Translations under genes and position numbers: made by a program | Notes under the pieces: generated by a model | What the model saw: the letters and a program-made list of their open reading frames with translations, nothing else | Told to the model about the DNA's origin: nothing | Databases searched by the model: none | Origin: Leucoraja erinacea | Taxonomy: Eukaryota | Reading direction: 5' to 3' | Length of the DNA stretch: 64,000 bases | NCBI RefSeq assembly: GCF_028641065.1 | Contig: NC_073378.1 | Coordinates: forward strand, 87,730,001-87,794,000 | Shown: in pieces, positions 1 to 14,019 of the stretch | How the letters are laid out: each line of letters opens with the position of its first letter | How positions within the stretch are numbered: position 1 is the stretch's first letter

Positions 1-185
1 TTTAAAGCTTAAAAAATGAAGTGGTACAAGAAATGTATTGTTATATTTGGCTTGTATTATTGTAATGTACTTTACTTCCAATAAATAAAATTAAAAAAAC
101 AAAAAAACAAATGGGAAAATGACTCCAAACTGGCGGCTCTGTATACTGTCTCAGTGCTACTGCTATACATTTGTACTATATCTGA

Positions 186-750
186 GATGCTTTGCTGAAC
201 ACCTTTGCTCAGTCCGCCTGGATCTTCCTGATCTCCCGGTTGCCAAACGCTTTAATTCCCCCTCCCATTCCCATCCTGAACTCTCTGTCCTCCGTCTCCT
301 CCATTGTCAGAGTGAGGCCAAATGCAAATTGTAAGAACAGCGCCTCATATTTCGATTGGGCAGCTTACAACCCAGTGGTATGAATATTTATTTCTCTAAC
401 TTCAAGTAACCATTACATCCCCTCTCTCTCCAGCCCTCCCCCACCCAAGTACTAGCTTCAAAATCTTCTTGTTGAGTCTCATTGTCTGTAACTTGTTTTC
501 ACCCAGTCCACATCTAACAATGGCCTGTTTCCTTTATCATCATTACTTTTTTGCATATTTTTCATTAATTTGTTCTATATCTCTTTATATCACCGTCTAT
601 ATCTCTCATTTCCCTTTCCCCTGACTCTCCCCTGAAGAAGTCTAGACCCGAAACGTCACAATCATTTTCCCCAGAGATGCTGGCTGACCGATTACTCCAG
701 CTTTTTGTTGATATCTTCGGTTTATACCAGCATCTGCAGTTCCTTCGTAC
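186..750 (+). mobile_element. Penelope-like element 3' fragment (end of GIY-YIG domain, 3' UTR and terminal repeat)
   Basis: Translates RCFAEHLCSVRLDLPDLPVAKRFNSPSHSH...LLHCQSEAKCKL; colinear and highly similar to 13375-13870. Confidence 0.85.
632..658 (+). ncRNA. Minimal hammerhead ribozyme motif (degenerate) in Penelope terminal repeat
   Basis: CTGAAGA-agtctagaccc-GAAACGTCA: CUGANGA and GAAA core boxes; helix II shortened and helix I unpaired. Confidence 0.6.
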
Positions 751-882
751 ACATGTATCTAAGTGCTTATGTATAGTGATACTTGTACCCAACTGTATAC
801 AAAAATAAAGTACCATGCCATACCATACCATCATAGTGAATATATGGCTCAGGTGGTTAAAAAAGTACTGAGGATTCCTTAA

Positions 883-1088
883 GGGCCTGTGCCACTTGGA
901 CGACCTAATCCACGAGTTTAGAAGACCCTAGATGAGTTGAAAAAAATGTCAAGGTCGTGCGACCACTCACGAGCATGAGGAAGAGTTACGAAGACCTCCT
1001 ACGACCTTGTGGCGACCATACTGCGAGTATGAGTCAAGGGCAAACTCGGCAGAGGTCGCCAATTAGGTTGTGAAAGTGGGACAGGGGC
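883..1088. mobile_element. PIF/Harbinger-like MITE
   Basis: Inverted termini gggcctgtgccactt (883-897) and aagtgggacaggggc (1074-1088) with TAA/TTA-like flanks; same TIR type as 35914-36594. Confidence 0.6.
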
Positions 1089-1094
1089 TTTACT

Positions 1095-1655
1095 TTTTTG
1101 TACCCAAGGCATAGAAGACTAAAGCAGGGGAATGATGTCAGAATTGCATGTAACATTTGATGGGTCTCACTTTGAGTATTATTTGAGTTGATTAGCACTT
1201 TACTGGAAACATGTAGGAGATGTGCCGATGAGATTTACAGATGTGTTGCCAGGACAGGAGAATTGTTATAAACACAGATTATTTATAGACTAGGTTGTAT
1301 GCATTTGAGCAGAGGAGGCTGACGGGGGACTTAAGTGAAATATATAAAATTATGGTGAACAAATAGACTAAATAGGAAAGACCTGTATCAAAATAAGAAT
1401 AACAAAAAAAATCTGAAAGCACACATTTAAAGTAATTGGTAAAAAGGTTAAAGGGAAGATGAGGAAAGTACCGTAAGCTTTGGAACTCACTGGTGGATGC
1501 AGAAGTCCCTTTCACTTTTAACAAATTCTTAGACCTGTTTGCAGAGCCCAAGATCACAAGATGGAAGTTGGGATTAGATGGGTAGCTCATTTTTGACCAG
1601 AATAGATATGATAGACTGAATGGTCTCTCTCTGTGCTATGATTTATCTATGTCCA
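1095..1655 (+). mobile_element. Old, diverged CR1 LINE 3' end
   Basis: Degenerate match to the CR1 ORF2 C-terminal region and 3' UTR seen in younger copies. Confidence 0.6.
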
Positions 1656-2032
1656 TGACGTGAATGTAAGCATGTATTTATTGCTCATCCCTGTTTGTAA
1701 TTATTCTGTTAATTGCTGATACACAGCTTTATCTCTTGCATTAATTTTTCAGACTTTAATGTGCATGCAGTCCTGAACTGGATCTTCACCAAATTAGTAT
1801 TTATTTCAAGGTACAGCTTGCCTTGTATTAGACATACTCACGCACACTGCCTTGGTTAGCTCTCGATAGAATGTTAGATCAAGAGGTTAAAGTTTATGAT
1901 GGAGCATTACTGCTGCATTTGATGACTACAGCATTCCTATAATTCACAGTTCTCCCTTTCATAACTGCTCTAAAATCTAATCAATTTTGCAATTTTGTAC
2001 TCTACACAACACATGGGAATCAAGTTAAGAGT

Positions 2033-2094
2033 CAATAGAGTCAAGAGTGTTTTATTTTCATGTCTCAAAATGAACATTGAAATTCTTACTTACA

Positions 2095-2141
<47 letters not shown>

Positions 2142-2330
2142 CACACACACACACATACACTTACAGTATGTATCTATTTATGTGTGTGTGTGTGAGTGTG
2201 AGTGTGTGTGTATGTAGTTTCTGGATTATACATTTTTTTTTAAACAACAATAATAGTGCAAAGACAAAAAAAAATGTTCCCAAGTCCATATCGTTCAGAG
2301 CTTGTTTTAGGTTGCAGTGGGAGATATCCC
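2033..2330 (-). mobile_element. Rex1/Babar-like LINE 3' tail with (TA)n/(CA)n/(TG)n microsatellite at 2095-2215
   Basis: (agagtca)n-gtgttttatt...gaaattctt tail matches the terminus of the element at 6155-6360. Confidence 0.6.
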
Positions 2331-5271
2331 GGTGTGAAAATGGGGTATTGTCTGCAAAAAGAACGATGAAACTTTAACTCTCTTTTCCTCTGTTTACAGA
2401 TGCTGGCTGACTTGCTCAGTATTTCCCGATTTTTCCTGTATTGAGAGAAAGGAAACCATTGCATTATGTAAACAGAGGATTCTTCAGAAGGTCGTGGTAA
2501 GTGGGAATCAGCAGAATGTCGGGGCAACCAATATATTATCATCTTGATTGTTCACTGCATTTACCAGGGAAGGATAAAGGGAAAGAGTGTTTAGCCACAT
2601 TTATAGATGACATTGAGGTGGGCAGAGCAATCGATTTGGTAAACAGGAGCAGAAAGTTACAAAGGAGCACAGGCAGATTAACATTGTGTTCAGTGTAAGG
2701 AGTGAATCCTAATGATCTGAATATTTTCTTCATAGCTATTGAAGGGAAACTGTAGCTGAGCAATGGGATAATGGATCCATGAGTATAAATCATAACAAAG
2801 ATTTCTTGGATTTTGTCAACTGGTGGCTTTGAGCAATGTAAATCAAAGACTGATATGATAGGGATTAGCCACATGTAACCGATGGCTGGGCAAATTCAAG
2901 CAGTTGAATAGCTAACAGTTTAATGGGATCATAAATTCTCCATAGAAACCTTTCGAAGGTGTACTCTAAAAACTGTGTAATATACATATAAACCTTATGG
3001 AAAAGTTAGTTTCTAGATGATAGCCTCGAAATGTATACATATGGTGCTGTTTTTCAACATCATTTGTAAAATTGTTGGCACTTGTTTGCAATCAATTTCA
3101 AACTGAAATGTGGAATTTATATTGGGTTCATCTGGTTGGAATCAACCTTTTGCATCTGGCAAGATAACCATGTAGGTGGGCACAGGCAGATATCAGTCTT
3201 TATGGCTGAGAAATCACATTATGTAGCTCCAAGACATGTCATTTGTTGGGCACTGTTCGGGAACAGGTTCAGGAACCTACATGATTAAGCGGCTTCTTGG
3301 TCCAGGTCCCAGTCTTCATCCTGGATCAAAGTATGTTTTTTATATTGGGATATTGCCATGCTCCCTAAAGTGGTTCTACGTGCATTTAAATACAATCATA
3401 CCAAACCAGGCATGTTTTGTGCATTCACAGGAATGGTCTTTCCTTTTTTCCCCATCTGCCATATTCCTTTATATTTGTGTTAAGATAAAACATTTCTCAT
3501 AAGATGTAATTCTACCTCAGCTGCAGGGACCTACAGTGATTGTAAACCTTTTTGGTCCTGTCAGCTGTGTCATTCTTCACTCTGAAATAAATTACGAAAA
3601 AAACCAAGCATCCAGTTAAGATCAGCAATGATGCTGTTTCACTTCAAACATACATGTATGTTCAAGAATTTCTAAGTAGGGTTTTGGACATTTCATTTTT
3701 GAATATAGTTTTTCTAGTTTAAATAAAAAAGATAGGTACTGAAAAAAAATAATCAGATAATATAGACTGAATAGAGCACTAGAAAAATGACTATTAAAAT
3801 AGTTAATTGCATCCATTTATGAGTGATTGCATGTGCTCTGGCATTTAATTCACATTAAATGGCAAATATATTTTACTTATTAGTTAAATGTCGTGGACTG
3901 ATATAGAGTTCTATTTCCAATCGACTCCATAATGAAATGTGTATGATAATCAAAACATGAAACAAGAGAATTTATAATGTGTTACAATGTTCCTGATGTA
4001 ACACATTAATGCTTAATATGTCCTACTCCTGTAACACTGTTTCCTCTAACAATCAATCATTGCATATTTCAGTACATGTTATTGTATACTAGAAGAGAAT
4101 AAAGTAAATGAGAATAAAAAATATTAATGTTAATCTGAAATAACCATTTTAATCTGTATTGCCTGCTAGGATATTTCTTCAACAATATCCTCTCAGCAGC
4201 TGGCTTTCCACATAAATAAGCTTCACCATTTCTAATGAAAGGATGAGTCATTCTTAAAAGGCAGTGACAAGTCCTTACTAATATTTAAACCACTAGAGAG
4301 GCAGTCCAATAGGACATGACAGGTTGAGTGGTTATTAGAATCCATGGGTTACGGTATTAAAGTGACTGGGAATATCAAAGTTGCTTATGCCCTGTCCCTG
4401 CTGGAACCGTGATTGTTTTGAACAGAATGTTGAAACCATATTGTATTGTCAGAGGGCGAGAAGCCAGTCATTCTCACTGAACACTTAGTGCTGACACGCT
4501 GGCATGACAGGGAATTGCACTAAAACAGCACAGCTGAGTTACTATTTTAGTCCAGATAAACATGCCAGTTTGTAAGCATAGCCAGGAATCCCACAGCAAG
4601 ATTTGTAAAGAAGCTAGCTTATTAAACTGAAAAGCAGATTAACACCTAGTGTGCTGATGTGCACTGGTTCTTTATATTATAACGATCACTTGGGAATGGA
4701 GCACCATAATTATTTTTAAGAAATAAGCAAAACATAAACCTTACTCTGAGGACAATGTAATCTGAATTGTTGCCTTGAAGGAAAATATAATCAGCAACGC
4801 ACCACAAATAAAGATGTTTGGATAAATCAAATTCAAGTTTAATTCGTTTCTTCAAATATATAATTTGGATTATTCACTTGCTGCAATGTCAAGTTTATTT
4901 TTTTCTTGATGCTGGTAAAATGTTTATCTATTTCAACTGGGAGTAATAAATTGAAATATTAAACACTAAAAGTTGTGCAGATTTGACTTCAACTTTTTCA
5001 ACGTACCAATATACTTCAGTTCAAATTTTCTTTGGGGATACAGTTAAGGAGCGAGGCAGGTCACATTGGGAGTTTGAACAAATAAGAGAAAGTGCAGAAG
5101 AATTTTATGTTAACTCATTTAACAGCATTGGTTTGGTTTGCTCATTGTCACTGCAGTATTGGCAATGCATCTCCATTGTTGATGCATCATACGTTTGCTG
5201 CTGTCGAAGAGATGACAATTTGTGTTTAAAGCCAAACCATACAATAGTATTATTTATTTTTAATTTGCCAT

Positions 5272-5615
5272 AAAATCATACAATATAGGAGCAGAAGTAA
5301 GCCATTCAGCCCATTGAGTCTGCTCCACCATTTCATCTATTTCCCCCTCTCCGTCCCATTCTCCTGCCTCCCCATTGTAACATCTGACACCATTACTGAA
5401 CAAGAAGTTATCAATCTTAAAAAAACAATGACCTGGCCTCCACAGCTATCTGTGGCAATAAATTCCACAGATTTGCCACCATTTGGGTAAAGAAATTCAT
5501 CTTCAATTCCATTCTAAAAGAACGTCCTTTTATTCTGAGGATGTGCCCTCTAGTGCCAGACTCTCCCACTACTGGAAACATCCTCTCCACATCCACTCTA
5601 CCTAGACCTTTCATA
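5272..5615 (-). mobile_element. CR1 LINE 3' end
   Basis: ORF 5417-5614 MKGLGRVDVERMFPVVGESGTRGHILRIKGRSFRMELKMNFFTQ is CR1 ORF2 C-terminus. Confidence 0.85.
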
Positions 5616-6154
5616 ACAACATATGTAGGGAGAAGATACTTGACAGTCTCACGGTTTGAAATCAGCAGGCAACTTGCAGTTTGTCCTGTGTTTTACAAAT
5701 TTAAATTCATGAACGCAGTAAACTGAAGGCAAGAACGAAAAACCAAAGCAAAAACCCAACTGGCCTATGCTATATCATCTCGAGGTAGTGGAGGAAAAAT
5801 TAATAATAGTTTTATTGTTCATCCATAGAGATGATAGGTACTTTGAGACTTTATAACATGTGAGAATTGCAGGCAGGAAATTAAGAGATGAGGCTGAACA
5901 ACAATAATCGATTAAACAAGAATTGAATTGTTTGGCAAAATAGCCCATTTTTATAAAATCTTGTGTTCTTAATTATACATAATTTCCATTTATTTCCATC
6001 ATATCCAAGAGCAAAAAATGTAATGTTAAGATTCAAGTGTGGTGTATCTATGGGGCGTTAAATGTCATGGAAAATAATGTAGTGAGGATTTCAACAGGTT
6101 ATGGATCCAACATAGATAGATGACGTTATGAAGGTGGAAAAGTCAAACTCTATA

Positions 6155-8128
6155 AGAGTCAAGAGTTAAGTCAAGAGTGTTTTATTGTCATATGTCCCAG
6201 ATACGACAATGAAATTCTTGCTTGCTGCAGCACAACAGAATATGTAAACATAGTACATAACGGAAGAAAAAAAAGTCCAATATGTATATATACACATGTA
6301 CACATACTCAATAAATGAACAAATATAGTGCAATAATATAATAGTCTGTTGCAGTTCAGAGCGTATTTGTTGTCGTGTTTAATAGCCTGATGGCTGTAGG
6401 GAAGAAGCTGTTCCTGAATCTGGACGTTACAATTTCCAGGCTCCTGTACCTTCTTCCCGATGGCAATGGTGAAATGAGTGTGTGGCCAGGATGGTGTGGG
6501 TCTTTGATGATGTTGGCTGCCTTTTTGAGGCAGTGATTTCGATAGATCCCTTCGATGGTGGGGGGGTCAAAGCAGGTGATGGACTGGGCAGTGGTAACAA
6601 CTTTTTTGCATTCTTTTTCGCTCCTAGACATTCAAGTTGCCGAACCAGGCCATGATGAAACCAGTCAGTGTGCTCTCTGCTGTGCACCTGTAGAAGTTCA
6701 AGAGAATCCTCTTTGACATACCAAATCTCTATAATCTTCTCAGGAAGTAGAGGTGCTTATGTGCCTTCTTTATAATTGCATCAGTGTGCTGGGTCCAGGA
6801 AAGATCTTTGGAACTATGCGTGCCCAAGAATTTGACATTTTTGACCCTCTGCACCATCGTCCCATTGACATAAACAGGATTGTGGGTCCTCATCCTACCC
6901 CTTCCAAAGTCCAAAATCAGTTCCTTGGTTTTATTGATGTTGAGAGCCAGGTTATTGTGCTGGCACCATTTGGTCAATCGGTCGATCTCACGTCTATACT
7001 CTGACTCATCACTATCTGTAATTCGTCCAACAACAGTTGGCGAACTTGATGATGGAGTCCGCACTATGTCTAGCTAGAAACATAGAAACATAGAAATTAG
7101 GTGCAGGAGTAGGCCATTCGGCCCTTCGAGCCTGCACCGCCATTCAATATGATCATGGCTGATCATTCAACTCAGTATCCCGTACCTGCCTTCTCTCCAT
7201 ACCCTCTGATCCCCTTAGCCACAAGGGCCACATCTAACTCCCTCTTAAATATAGCCAATGAACTGGCCTCAACTACCCTCTGTGGCAGAGAGTTCCAGAG
7301 ATTCACCACTCTCTGTGTGTGAAAAAAGTTCTTCTCATCTCGGTTTTAAAGGATTTCCCCCTTATCCTTAAGCTGTGACCCCTTGTCCTGGACTTCCCTA
7401 ACATCGGGAACAATCTTCCTGCATCTAGCCTGTCCAACCCCTTAAGAATTTTGTAAGTTTCTATAAGATCCCCTCTCAATCTTCTAAATTCTAGAGAGTA
7501 TAAACCAAGTCTATCCAGTCTTTCTTCATAAGACAGTCCTGACATCCCAGGAATCAGTCTGGTGAACCGTCTCTGCACTCCCTCTATGGCAATAATGTCC
7601 TTCCTCAGATTTGGAGACCAAAACTGTACGCAATACTCCAGGTGTGGTCTCACCAAGACCCTGTACAACTGCAGTAGAACCTCTCTGCTCCTATACTCAA
7701 ATCCTTTTGCAATGAAAGCTAACATACCATTCGCTTTCTTTACTGCCTGCTGCACCTGCATGCCTACCTTCAATGACTGGTGTACCATGACACCCAGGTC
7801 TCGCTGCATCTCCCCCTTTCCCAATCGGCCACCATTTAGATAATAGTCTGCTTTCCTGTTTTTTGCCACCAAAATGGATAACCTCACATTTATATGTCTA
7901 GCTACACAGTCATAGGTATAGAGTGAATAAAGCAGGGGGTTGAGCACGCAATCTTGAGGTGCTCCCGTACTGATTGTTACTGAGGATGAAGTATTTCTGC
8001 CAATTCGAACAGACTGTGGTCTGTAGTTGAGGAAGTCGAGAATCCAATTGCAGAGGGGTGCGCTGACACCCAGTTCCGTGAGCTTGGTAACCAGCTTGGA
8101 GGGGATGATGGTATTGGAGGGAATGATG
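6155..8128 (-). mobile_element. Rex1/Babar-clade LINE, 5'-truncated, interrupted by a CR1
   Basis: ORFs 6729-7064 (TVVGRITDSDESEYRREIDRLTKWCQHNNLALNINKTKELILDF...LYFLRRL) and 6356-6631 (KAANIIKDPHHPGHTLISPLPSGRRYRSL); resumes at 7905 with the [21 protein letters not shown] region. Confidence 0.85.
7077..7892 (-). mobile_element. Young CR1 LINE, 5'-truncated, nested in Rex1 with 12-bp TSD
   Basis: Open ORF2 frame [13 protein letters not shown]...[14 protein letters not shown]; (TAGAAACA)n tail; TSD tatgtctagcta at 7065-7076 and 7893-7904. Confidence 0.95.
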
Positions 8129-8164
8129 TGCGATTAGAAACTTTGTTTTGGGTGAACCGGAATA

Positions 8165-9135
8165 TTTAAAAAAAATGTTTTAATATATAAATATATATTT
8201 TAAACTTTAGTAAATAATTTACTTCTTATTTTCAATTCAATAATAGAAAAAAAAGGTAAGAAAAGCAAGAAATATATAGAGAGAGAGAGTATTGTGTAGC
8301 TCGAAAAAGAAAAGCAGAGGGTGATGTGAACTAAGCAAAAAGAAAAAGAATAGGAGAGAGAAAAGAGAGAAGAAAAAAAAGAGAAAGAATTTGAAAGGGA
8401 TATGCCTCCTTCATATCTTTACCCACCTCTCACCCGGTTCTGAAAGACTTAATTTCTAAGGTTGTGTTGCACCACATGCTTGTAATAGGTTGATAAATGG
8501 AGACCAAATCTTTAAGAATTGGTCTGATTTGCCTGATAGGGTGAATCTCATATCTTCAAGGTGTAACATTTCCGACATGTTTGAGATCCACATTTTGAGC
8601 GTCGGTGTGGGTGCATTTTTCCAGAATTTAAGTATAAATTTTTGTTGCCGTTATTAAGCCATAATTAAGTAGACATTTTCAAAACGAGGTCAGCTTACAT
8701 CCATCTTCCATTGATCCAAAGATAATCAGTTCTGTATTGGGGTTCAATATTATTTTAAATAATTTTGTGAAAATTCCAAATATTTCCTTCCAAAATTTAT
8801 GAAGTTTTATGCAAGAGCCAAAAGGGTGTACTATAGTAGCGTTTTGAGATAGGCATTTATCACAGATGGGGGAAACATTTGGAAAAAATTTAATCAGTTC
8901 GGTTTTCGAGTAATATAATCTTAGTAAAATTTTAAATTGACCTAAGTTGTCTTACATTAATCGAGCATTGATGTACATATAGCAAGTGTTTTTCCCATTT
9001 GTCTTTCGGAATTTTTATAGATAATTCTTGTTCCCAGTCTCTTCTGAACCGGAAATTTAGTTTGTGAAAATTTTGGATAATCCTATATCCGTGTCCGGGA
9101 AGAGAATTAGAATTTATGGTTGGGGATTTCATTGT
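8165..9135 (-). mobile_element. L1-clade LINE 3' fragment (ORF2 C-terminal cysteine-rich region)
   Basis: Minus strand encodes DWEQELSIKIPKDKWEKHL...CSINVR and SPICDKCLSQNATIVH...FWKEIF, then a pyrimidine-rich 3' UTR. Confidence 0.8.
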
Positions 9136-11429
9136 AGTTCATGTTATGTTTATTTAGTTGGAAACTATTCTTGTACCAGTTATATTATTACTGATAAATT
9201 TCAAGAAAAAAGGGTGACTGGAACATTCAGTTAGAACTAGTGGGATATTGTGGTGGCTCTTACTGCTTAAGGTATCTTTAAAATTAGTTGGCAGAATGCA
9301 TGATGGGAAACAAAAACCCTCTCAAGCCATGTGACATGATCACTTCCTAATTTGTGTGTCACTGTACTATTGTAAATTGCATAGGGATGTAACTCCAGGA
9401 TCAGAATACCTACTTTATGTTGATACCAATGATTTCCTGACTGATTGGAAATTGTACTTCTGATCATCAACATGGTTTCCAGTGCCTGAATAAATATTAA
9501 ATGCTTCACTCTTAAAGAATAAATATTTCCAGCTCTGAGAGGTTTCATTGAAGTACAATCTTTGACTAAAAATAATTTTGGGAAAAAAATGTAGTAAATT
9601 AAAAAACAGTTCAGGACATAATAAGTGAAGCAGATTGCGGCATTTAGTATCTTGTAGGTTTATTTATATGTCGTTTAACTTGATTGTTGGCAGAATAATT
9701 TGTATTATGAAATTGCAGAAAACTTCTTAGATTCTCACTGAGAATATTTCTTTCAGTTACTTCAATATGTAAATCAGCACTTTTTCCTCTTCAGAAAGCA
9801 GCCCAAACTTTCAAAATGTTACTTTTGTACACTTGCTGTACATATTGCAATTGTGAATTTTAAGTATATCTTGAAATCACTCAAAATGCCTGCTATTATG
9901 CTGTCACTTGTTGCATTCTTGCTGCAATCTATTCCAAAGATAGATCACACTTTTGACCATAAATGAATTTAAATGAGTTTACATCAATGTCCATATATAA
10001 ATATATATATATAGAAATAATAATAAAATAGTTATTGCACAACTTAGCAGGTTTGATACTGGAAAAGGCAACATATTATTTCAGATATGCAGTTCACTGA
10101 TAAGGCAACTTTGCCATTTCCATGGAATCCACCTAAAGCCTATGAGAGTGAACATAACAATGTAAAGGCACAGCTGAACAGTGGGCCAATTCTTAGATTT
10201 TGGAAGTTTTTAGGATAATTAGGATATCATGCATATAATATTCTGTTTGTTAAACCATCATTATTTACTGCTGCAGTAATCTATTTAGTGATGAGTCTGT
10301 TTTGAATTCCAGTGAAGCACACATAACTTAGAATTCTCTGGCCTCCGTCCACTGGGATCAGAAATCCAGCTGAAAAAGACAGACTAAGAGTCTCCTGCCT
10401 CTAATGGCTCTCAAAGGTTCCTAAGTGAAATTAATTTGAAGAGTCTTCACACAGATCCCTATGGGTACAATTTGGTGTGCAAGAACAACTCAACATTGAT
10501 AATTTTTATAGTCATCCACTGTGCATCCAAAATGGTAGTTAGTGTGGCAAACAAAATATGCACAATTCATTGAACATTACTTTTTTTGGAATATTGCTGG
10601 CCAAGCTACCAAACCCTCCCAAATTTCTTAAAATCTATCAGAAAGTATATTTGATAACAGGATCTGTGAAAGATTCTTACTAACTAAATGCTCAAGGAAA
10701 TAAATATTTAATAATGCGTCTTGCCTTTTTAAGTTAATCAAAAATAAATTGGTGAATTAATGGACATCGCAGTGCTCATGGATAAAACAATTCGTCATTT
10801 TAATGGAAGTCCACAGTTATTAATGAATTAAATCTAATAACAGTATTCATATTGAGTAAATAATTTGCAAAACATAATACGACATGATACGATACGATAT
10901 GATAGAACTTTATTTACCCCAGGAGGGAAATTGTTCTGCCAACAGTCATAAAACAATGGAAACTAGCAATTATTTGGAGTGCTTTTGAGTAGAGTTTGAG
11001 TCGCTGACCTTCACTGTCTCCCCGGGGCCAGCGATGCTGCAGTCGCCGACCCGTATCTCTACTCCAGCTCGCCACGGGCCTCCACCAACGACTTTGCCGA
11101 CCCTCGCCTCTCCATCGCCCACCAACTGGCCTGAGCCGTTGCCTCACCTCAGCTCCAGACTCTGAACCAGGCCCACAGCCTCCACGATGCAGACTCCAAC
11201 AGCACGTTGTCTGACTGCTGGGTCCTACTGCTCCCCCCTCCCTCAGGGAACCTCAGTAGTGATGGGTCTTCCCCTTTCCCCTCTTTTAACTAGGTTACGC
11301 CAACCACACCGCACCCATACAATAGTCATCACGACCCCCTCCTCTCTGAACACCCACCATCTCCAGGGATCTGGCCTTGGCCTTTGTCCACTCCCCGGCC
11401 CTCCTCTGACCCAAACCCCACCCCTGTTG

Positions 11430-13592
11430 AGTCTTCACAATCTCTCCTGACCTTTCTGATATGCACAGTCTGTCCTTCACAGAGGCCTCACCTTCGTTCC
11501 CCTCCGCCCCACCTCAAAGAGCCCGGCACGACGTAGAGCTTTTCTTCCGTTGCCTCCACCTCCAAACTTTTTTCTATGTGAAGGTCCTCACTACCCAGTG
11601 ATGACCCCTTCTCCCGTCTCCACCGGTCCCTCTCTTCTTGGACTCACCAGAACGGCCTTCAACCCTCTCTAGACATCTTTATTTCTAACAGCCAGTGTGG
11701 CATCAACCGTCTCAAATTCTCCACTCCCTTTACCTACTCCAACCTCACCCCCTCTGAATGTACAGACCTCCGCTCACTCTGCAGCAACCCTGACATTATA
11801 ATCAATCCCGCGGAAAAGGGAGGTGCCGTGGTGGTCTGACACACTAGCCTCTACTGGGCTGAAGCCAGGCGACAACTCTCAGACACCTCCTCCTCCTTAT
11901 CCTTGGACCATGAACCCACAGATGAGCACCAGGCCTTAATCCCAAACAACATTACTGACTTCATCACTCCTGGCTGTCTGCCTTCCACAGCCTCCAACCT
12001 TATCGTTTCCCAGCCCCGCACAGCCCGTTTTTACCTTCTCCCCAAAATCCACAAACACAACTGCCCTGGCAGACCCATTGCTTCTGCCTGCTCCTGTCCC
12101 ACGGAAATGATTTCCACGTACCTCGACCATCCTATCCCCCCTGGTCCAATCTCTCCCGAACTATGTCCAAGATATCTCACATGCCCTTCGTCTCTTTAAT
12201 GAATTCCTATTTCCGAGCCCCCACTCACTCACCTTTACTATGGATGTTCAGTCACTCTACACCTCCAACCCCCACCTAGAAGGCCTTATATCCCTCCGTT
12301 TCCTCCTCGACCACGGAACACTCCAATTTCCCTCAACTAACAGTCTACTCTGCCTAGCGGAGCTGGTCCTCAGCCTCAACAACTTCGCATTGACTCCTCC
12401 CACTTCCTCCAAGTCCAAGGCATAGCTATGAGCACCTGCATGGGCCCCAGCTATGCCTGCCTCTTTGTAGGGTACGTTGAACAATCCCTGTTCCAGGCGT
12501 ACACTGGCCCTATCCCCGAACTCTATCTCCGTTACATTGATGACTGCATCGGTGCTACCTCTTACACCCATGCAGAACTCATGGACTTCATCAACTCCAC
12601 CACCAATTTTCATCCTGCACTCAAATTTACTTGAACCATCTCCGACACCTCCCTCCCCTTTCTTGTTCTCACTGTCTCCATCACAGGAAATAAACTATTG
12701 ACTGACGCCTATTACAAACCCACTGACTCCCACAACTATCTCGACTACACTTCTTCCCACCCTGCTTCCTGCAAAGATTCTATCCCCAACTCCCAATTCC
12801 TCCGTCTACACCGCATCTGTACCCAAGATGAGGTGTTCCATGCTAGAACATCTGAGATGTTCTTATTCTTTAGGGCATGAGGGTTCCCCTCTCCCATCAT
12901 AGATGAGACCCTCACTTATGTCTGCTCGGTACCCCGCAGCTTCGCCCTTGCTCCCCCTCCCCCTAGTCACAACAGAGACAGAGTCCCCCTAGTCCTTAAC
13001 TTTCACCCCATCAGATGTCGCATACAACACATAATCCTCCTAAATTTCCGCCACCTCCAACGGGATCCCACCACTAGCCACAATTTTCCCAACCACCCTT
13101 TTCCGTCTTCCACAGAGACCATTCCCTCCGCAACTCCCTGGTTAAGTCATCCCTTCCCAGCCATACCACCCCTCCCCAGGTACCTTCCCCTGCAACTGCA
13201 GAAGATGCAACACCTGTCGCTATACGTCCTCCCTTGACTCTGTCCAGGGACCCCGACAGTACTTTCAGGTTAGACAGAGGTTCACTTGCACCTCCTCCAA
13301 CCTCATCTACTATATCCATTGTTCAAGATGTGGGTTCTTATACATCGGCGAGACCAAACGCAGACTAGGCGATCGTTTCGAGGAACACCTTCACTCAGTC
13401 AACCTGAACCAACCTGATCTCCCAGTTGCTGGACACTTTAATTCTCCTTCCCATTCCTACACAGACACTGTCCTCGGTCTCCTCCATTGTCAGAGTGAGG
13501 CTAAACGGAAATTGGAGGAACAGCATCTCATATTTCGCTTGGGCAGCTTGCAGCCCAGTGGTATGAATATTGATTTCTCTCACTTCAGGTAG
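11430..13592 (+). pseudogene. Frameshifted Penelope RT + GIY-YIG endonuclease ORF
   Basis: PRTARFYLLPKIHK..GRPI, MDVQSLYT, MGPSYACLFVGYVE, LRYIDDC (RT active site), YYKPTDSHNYLDYTSSHP, linker FPCNCRRCNTC, NLIYYIHCSRCGFLYIGET (GIY-YIG); stop at 13590-13592; many frameshifts and stops. Confidence 0.9.
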
Positions 13593-13781
13593 CCCCGGCA
13601 TTCCCTTTCTCTCCATCGCTCCCCCACTCAAGTCACACTAGCTTCTCATTTTCACCCTACAAACAGCTTACAATGGCCTGGTTCCTTTATCATTGTTACA
13701 TTTTTGCATATCTTTCATTCATTGTTCTTTATCTCTCCACATCACCGTCTATATCTCTCGTTTCCCTTATCCCTAACCAGT

Positions 13782-13810
13782 CTGAAGAAGGGTATCGACC
13801 CGAAACGTCA
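13782..13810 (+). ncRNA. Minimal type I hammerhead ribozyme motif
   Basis: CTGAAGA-agggtatcgaccc-GAAACGTCA: intact core, helix II gggt/accc, palindromic ACGT at helix III, predicted cleavage after GTC. Confidence 0.75.
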
Positions 13811-14019
13811 CCTATTCTGACTCTCCTGAGATGCCGCCTGTCCCGCTGGGTTACTCCAGCTTTTTGTGCCTATTCTGAGGAGTTTAGTTTATTGTCACGT
13901 GCTCGCAGGTAGAGTGACAAGCTTTTGTTGCATGTAAACCAGTCAGCGGAAAGACAATGCATAATTACAATCGAGACATCAACAGTGCACCTTGGTCCGC
14001 CGTTTTTGGGTGCTACAAG

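Larger units (their letters stand above)
10990..13870 (+). mobile_element. Near full-length decayed Penelope-like element (Neptune-type)
   Basis: C-rich RT and GIY-YIG coding remnants followed by a 3' UTR and hammerhead-bearing terminal repeat; 5' boundary approximate. Confidence 0.9.

Noticed and set aside
1-110. PolyA signal and A-rich tail at the window start
   Set aside because: Probably the tail of an upstream L1-like element, but too little sequence is visible to call.
7303-7947. 214-aa ORF as a functional gene
   Set aside because: Chimeric frame across a Rex1/CR1 junction; only a C-terminal ORF2 fragment.
9415-9486. Possible 72-nt minus-strand exon (ttattcag ... gtaggt)
   Set aside because: Such splice-like pairs arise by chance; unrecognised peptide and no partner exons.
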